DNA of 45,887 bases. Source: Verrucomicrobiales bacterium (GTDB lineage: Bacteria > Verrucomicrobiota > Verrucomicrobiia > Verrucomicrobiales > V1-33). The position numbers and the translations under genes are program-made. The DNA lies in NCBI GenBank assembly GCA_031411295.1, contig JANOAV010000162.1, forward strand, positions 1 through 45,887, read 5' to 3'. The notes below the pieces were generated by a model. It saw nothing but the letters and a program-made list of their open reading frames with translations, had not been told where the DNA came from and ran no database searches. This document shows positions 42,291 to 45,887 of the stretch, one piece after another. The stretch's first letter is position 1. Each line of letters opens with the position of its first letter.

Positions 42291-42432
42291 ACCTAACTAG
42301 TTAATCACCGACAGAAGTGTCGACTTTGGCCGAGCTTCTTTATGGGCGACAGCGTTGTCGATTTTGGCGCGGGGTAGTAATTTCATAAACGATGTTTGGT
42401 GGGATTTAGCCGCAGAGACGCGTGATCGTCAA
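42291..42432 (-). promoter_or_regulatory. Module copy 2: promoter, leader ORF (42297-42386), palindromes, GTTAGGT core
   Basis: TTGACG (42427-32)-N17-CTAAAT (42404-09), perfect CGACA-N4-TGTCG boxes at 42309-22 and 42347-60. Confidence 0.8.
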
Positions 42433-42657
42433 CGTTAATGTCAATTTCCGCTCGGAGGCGCGTGGATTCCTTCGGATGATGACAACGGTTTTTTGGGGAA
42501 CTGCGGGGGAGGCAACTATCGGGCGGGGGATTTCCTGAGGGGCTTCTCTCTCCTGAATCCCCTGGGCTTGTTCAACCATGGCCGTAGTTGCTGGTTCGAT
42601 CAGCCTTCACTCCGAGAGTTGCGTCAACTCCGTCCCGCCTTGCTAGCCTCAAGCAAC

Positions 42658-42742
42658 CTCTGCGAATCTCTGCGCCCTCCGCGGTGAAACTCCCATCCCG
42701 CAGCATGCAGAATCACCGCAGAGAATGCAGCGGACCGCAGAG
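42658..42742. repeat. Inverted pair of ctctgcg-type REP-like repeats
   Basis: Arms 42658-42687 and 42713-42742 match at 22/30 positions as reverse complements. Confidence 0.65.
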
Positions 42743-42748
42743 CTAAAA

Positions 42749-43021
42749 AACTCGGGAACTTCATTCCCCGACTCGGAAACATCATTCCCCAACTCGGAAA
42801 CATCATTCCCCAACTCGGAAACGTCGTTCCCCGACGCGGAAACGTCATTCCCCAACTCGGAAACGTCATTCCCCAACTCGGAAACGTCATTCCCCAACTC
42901 GGAAACGTCATTCCCCAACTCGGAAACGTCATTCCCCAGCTCGGAAACGTCATTCCCCAGCTCGGAAACATCATTCCCCAGCTCGGAAACATCATTCCCC
43001 AGCTCGGAAACATCGTCTCCG
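42749..43021. repeat. Tandem array of 13 x 21 bp (consensus aactcggaaacgtcattcccc)
   Basis: Thirteen contiguous units without spacers, reading (N/S/D)SETSFP on the + strand. Confidence 0.95.
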
Positions 43022-43310
43022 AGTCGGGTTTTAGCGCCGATTCAGAACTGGACTGCTCCGTGAGGGGAGGAGGACGGAGTTTGTGACAGCAGGATTCGGT
43101 TCCTCCAGTGCCAGTCACTCGCGGACGGTGGATTTACCGAAGGGCTTCCCCAAAGTATTGCCGGACTTTAGTCCGCAAGCCGCGACAGGAGAGCGGGCCG
43201 AGCGGATCAGGATGCGCTACGGAGACCAGCCCAAATCGAAAGGAAGGAGCAAGTTAGTCGCCTATAGAGTCTGAAAAAGGCAGGGTGGACAATGTCATCG
43301 GTTGAGATGG

Positions 43311-43835
43311 CTAGTGCTTGGCGGCAGGTGCGACATGCTGCTTCGTCGAGTCAGAGGCGGGGCGAGACTTGGATTCGTCAAAGGGAACGAGAACGGTTGC
43401 AGGGACTTTGTCGGCAGAGCTTCCGCCCGCATGGGAATGGAGGCGGACAGCGCTGGGTAGCCATTCGTCCAGTCGCCAAATAATGTGAAATCCTCCCGGG
43501 GTGCGGTAAATCTTTTTCCAACCCTCTGCGGTGTTGCGAAAGACGATGGTATCGGATTCTCCCGACCCAAGGTTGTCGTAAACCAAAAGTGTCTTAGAAT
43601 CGGGCGACCATGCGGCTCCGAAATGTCGTCCATTTTTGGCGAGAAGCGTGCGCTTGGTGGAACCGTGCGCGGCAATGAAAAGGCGCGAAGTGAAATCTCC
43701 GGCGTCCTCCTTTTCACCCGACACCTCCCAACGCGAGTCAGGTGAGGCCAAGGATGTGCCCGACTCCAAAAGCTCCACGCCGAATGCCATCTGCCAGGAA
43801 AGAAAGCCGAGTAGAAAATGCAGTAAACGCTTCAT
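43311..43835 (-). CDS. Secreted hypothetical protein with WD40-like/PD40 motifs (cargo gene 3)
   Basis: Signal peptide MKRLLHFLLGFLSWQMAFG, ASPDSRW, AAWSPDSKTL. Confidence 0.78.
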   Translation of the reverse strand: MKRLLHFLLGFLSWQMAFGVELLESGTSLASPDSRWEVSGEKEDAGDFTSRLFIAAHGSTKRTLLAKNGRHFGAAWSPDSKTLLVYDNLGSGESDTIVFRNTAEGWKKIYRTPGGFHIIWRLDEWLPSAVRLHSHAGGSSADKVPATVLVPFDESKSRPASDSTKQHVAPAAKH

Positions 43836-43867
43836 ACAATGTATCGGGGTTGGTGATTTGGGGAGTG

Positions 43868-43998
43868 ACCGAACTAGTTGATCAACGACAGCAGTGTCGC
43901 TTGTGGCCGAGCTGCTTTAGAGGAGACAGAGTTGTCGGTTTTGGCGCGGGGGAATGATTTCATGGGGAGATTTAGCCGGAGCGGGGCGGGATCGTCAA
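43868..43998 (-). promoter_or_regulatory. Module copy 3: promoter, leader ORF (43874-43963), palindromes, GTTCGGT core
   Basis: TTGACG (43993-98)-N17-CTAAAT (43970-75), boxes at 43886-99 and 43924-37. Confidence 0.8.
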
Positions 43999-44281
43999 CG
44001 TTAATGTCGATTCCCGCTCGGATGCGCGTGGAATCCCGCAGGGGATGATAAACGGATTACCCCAGAGAGGCGGGTTGAAGCCGCCACTCCGGGGCAGCGT
44101 GACTGCGCTGCGGATTGCGAAGCTGCGGACCGGCGGAAGTGGAAAGCCAACGGAGCCATTGGGTTCCAAATCGGAGGTGCCTAGAGGCGATCCACAATGC
44201 CTGTGCCAGTAACAGCCCTGGGCTCGTTCAACCATGGCCTTAGTTGCTGGCTCGATCCACCTCCACACGGGCGGGTTCGGA

Positions 44282-44409
44282 GAGACCTCCGTGCTCATCC
44301 CCGCCACCACCACCTGGGTCAGCGCGGACTCTACCAGATCAGGCTCGTAGCCCTCAACGCCAGCGGCCCCAGCGCGGCTGGTCCGATTCAGAACTGGACG
44401 GCTCCGTGA
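44282..44409 (+). pseudogene. Remnant resembling a fibronectin type III C-terminus
   Basis: GLYQIRLVALNASGPSAAGPIQNWTAP* matches the Y..R..A.N..G.S pattern. The last 27 bp are duplicated at 43037-43063. Confidence 0.5.
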
Positions 44410-44688
44410 TGTGATTCACGAGGATCAAGTGAAAGTCGGCGGAGCCGTCAATGCCCCGACTGCGGATTCCGCATCGGCGGGAACCGTAATTTCTTCCTCG
44501 AAGCCAAGAAACCCAGCGTCCGCATCAAGGAAGCAAGCAGCCCGGCTTACCAACTCCGCGGAGAGGCTTGGAGCGTCAAACTCCCACTTTCCATCCTGAG
44601 TAATTAGCGTTTCCTTTGACAACCATAGCGTCTCGATTACAGAAGCGCACATTCCTTGCCGCTGAGCCCGGCATGCCGAGCCAGCGAT

Positions 44689-45732
44689 ATGCACACCATT
44701 AAATTAATGCCCGAGAAGCCTTTCGAAATGACTGAGTCAGTCATTATCGAGGGGGATGTTCATCTCGGGTTGGCACGGCTACCCTCCGAATCGGTCCAGT
44801 GTGTGGTGACCTCGCCTCCTTACTGGGGGTTGAGAGACTATGGCATTACGGGTCAGTTGGGACTGGAACCTAGTTTGGCCGGATTCATCCAGGGCCTGAC
44901 GGCGGTATTTCAAGAGGTGCGCAGGGTGCTCAAACCAGATGGAATTCTCTGGCTTAACATTGGCGACGGCTATACGAGTGGGAATCGAGGGTGGAGGGCA
45001 CCCGATAAAAAGAACCCAAACCGGGCTATGAGCACGCGTCCAGAAACCCCCGCGGGTCTCAAGGATAAGGACCTTTTGGGTATCCCCTGGCGCCTCGCCT
45101 TTGCACTTCAGGACACGGGTTGGTATCTTCGAAGCGACGTCATCTGGCATAAGCCAAACGTCATGCCGGAAAGCGTGAAGGACCGCCCAACACGTTCGCA
45201 CGAGTATCTCTTCATGTTCACCAAGTCCGATCATTATCGGTATGATCACGAAGCTGTGCGTGAGTTAGCCAGCAACGGCAGCACAAGAAATCGACGAAGC
45301 GTTTGGAGTATCAATACGTGTAGTTCGGGCAGTTCACACATCGCCCCATTTCCACAGTCATTAGTTGAGCCGTGTGTGCTGGCTTCCTCGGCACCCAACG
45401 AGTTCGTATTAGACCCGTTTTTCGGCTCGGGCACGGTTGGACTGGTAGCCCAGCGATTAGGGCGAAAATATATTGGTATCGAGTTAAACCCGCTATACGT
45501 CGAAGAGGCGAAGGCCCAACTGGAACGAGGAACCCTTGGCTTGGCCCCGAAATATAAACCTGAAAACAAACCTGATTATGAGCTTAGTTTTACCCTCCGT
45601 GAACCTACAGGTTACGATGGCGACAGCCTTGGAAGCCTTCCGCAGGCTATATCTCCAGCAAGCTCTGGAAACCACCATAAAGGGCTTGGTCCTGACAAAC
45701 CTAAACCAAGAGCTCGATCAGTTCGCGCCTGA
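44689..45732 (+). CDS. Site-specific DNA methyltransferase, beta class (N4-C/N6-A family)
   Basis: Motif IV VTSPPYWGLRDY precedes motif I LDPFFGSGT, with IWHKPN.MPESVKDRPT. Start codon uncertain. Confidence 0.93.
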   Translation: MHTIKLMPEKPFEMTESVIIEGDVHLGLARLPSESVQCVVTSPPYWGLRDYGITGQLGLEPSLAGFIQGLTAVFQEVRRVLKPDGILWLNIGDGYTSGNRGWRAPDKKNPNRAMSTRPETPAGLKDKDLLGIPWRLAFALQDTGWYLRSDVIWHKPNVMPESVKDRPTRSHEYLFMFTKSDHYRYDHEAVRELASNGSTRNRRSVWSINTCSSGSSHIAPFPQSLVEPCVLASSAPNEFVLDPFFGSGTVGLVAQRLGRKYIGIELNPLYVEEAKAQLERGTLGLAPKYKPENKPDYELSFTLREPTGYDGDSLGSLPQAISPASSGNHHKGLGPDKPKPRARSVRA

Positions 45733-45751
45733 GGCTGATCTCAGGTCCTTA

Positions 45752-45887
45752 GAACCTGTCCGGCAAATAAACTTAACAGCCATAATGGGATTACTTAGTG
45801 AGGCGTCTGACGGCGAAGCCGATCATGGCGAGATAGACAAAGGCTTCGTGGTGACTGGGTTTGCGCTCGTGGTCGCGCACGAGGCGG
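45752..45887 (-). mobile_element. Right end of an IS5-family insertion sequence (IS1031-like group); transposase C-terminus 45791..>45887
   Basis: Minus strand reads RLVRDHERKPSHHEAFVYLAMIGFAVRRLTK*. The putative IR gaacctgtccggcaaat follows a TTA target-like triplet (45749-51). Confidence 0.85.

Noticed and set aside
42749..43021. CRISPR array
   Set aside because: Units are contiguous with no unique spacers, and no cas genes are present.
42624..43118. Repeat ORFs (FPSWGMT, GNDVSEL, NSETSFP) as real proteins
   Set aside because: A stop-free 21-bp repeat opens several frames automatically. There is no independent coding evidence.
44411..44694. Short ORFs upstream of the methyltransferase as a controller (C) protein
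   Set aside because: No HTH pattern or other recognisable motif.

Overview
Chromosomal window from a GC-rich bacterium, most likely a Verrucomicrobium. That assignment is inferred from the PEP-CTERM protein, repeated '...S.DL..W...FYR' C-terminal domains, an ECF sigma/Ser-Thr kinase pair and DUF1800/DUF1501. The left end (1-5 kb) is a decaying accessory zone: the 3' end of a group IIC intron, a frameshifted hypothetical gene, a MITE-like element, a PIN-domain toxin-antitoxin-like operon with an in-frame TAA in both genes, and a TIR/NDT-like gene plus a degenerate paralogue of its N-domain. The middle holds secreted or surface proteins (14-repeat Kelch protein, DUF1800/DUF1501, a triplicated domain ending in PEP-CTERM, a C-terminal domain or a sulfatase, and a 2223-aa Calx-beta metzincin), signalling pairs and housekeeping genes (uvrA, kbl, tal, dtd). 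The most interesting part is 40.0-44.4 kb. Three unrelated minus-strand cargo genes each follow a copy of the same ~140-bp module: a TTGACG-N17-CTAAAT promoter, an indel-free 29-codon leader ORF, two CGACA-N4-TGTCG palindromes and a GTT core resembling GTTRRRY, where conservation stops abruptly. Two of the cargo genes join a second conserved block at an AAC. This resembles an integron attI/Pc expression platform repeated once per gene, with no attC hairpins and no integrase in the window. The window ends with a beta-class DNA methyltransferase and the end of an IS5-family element.
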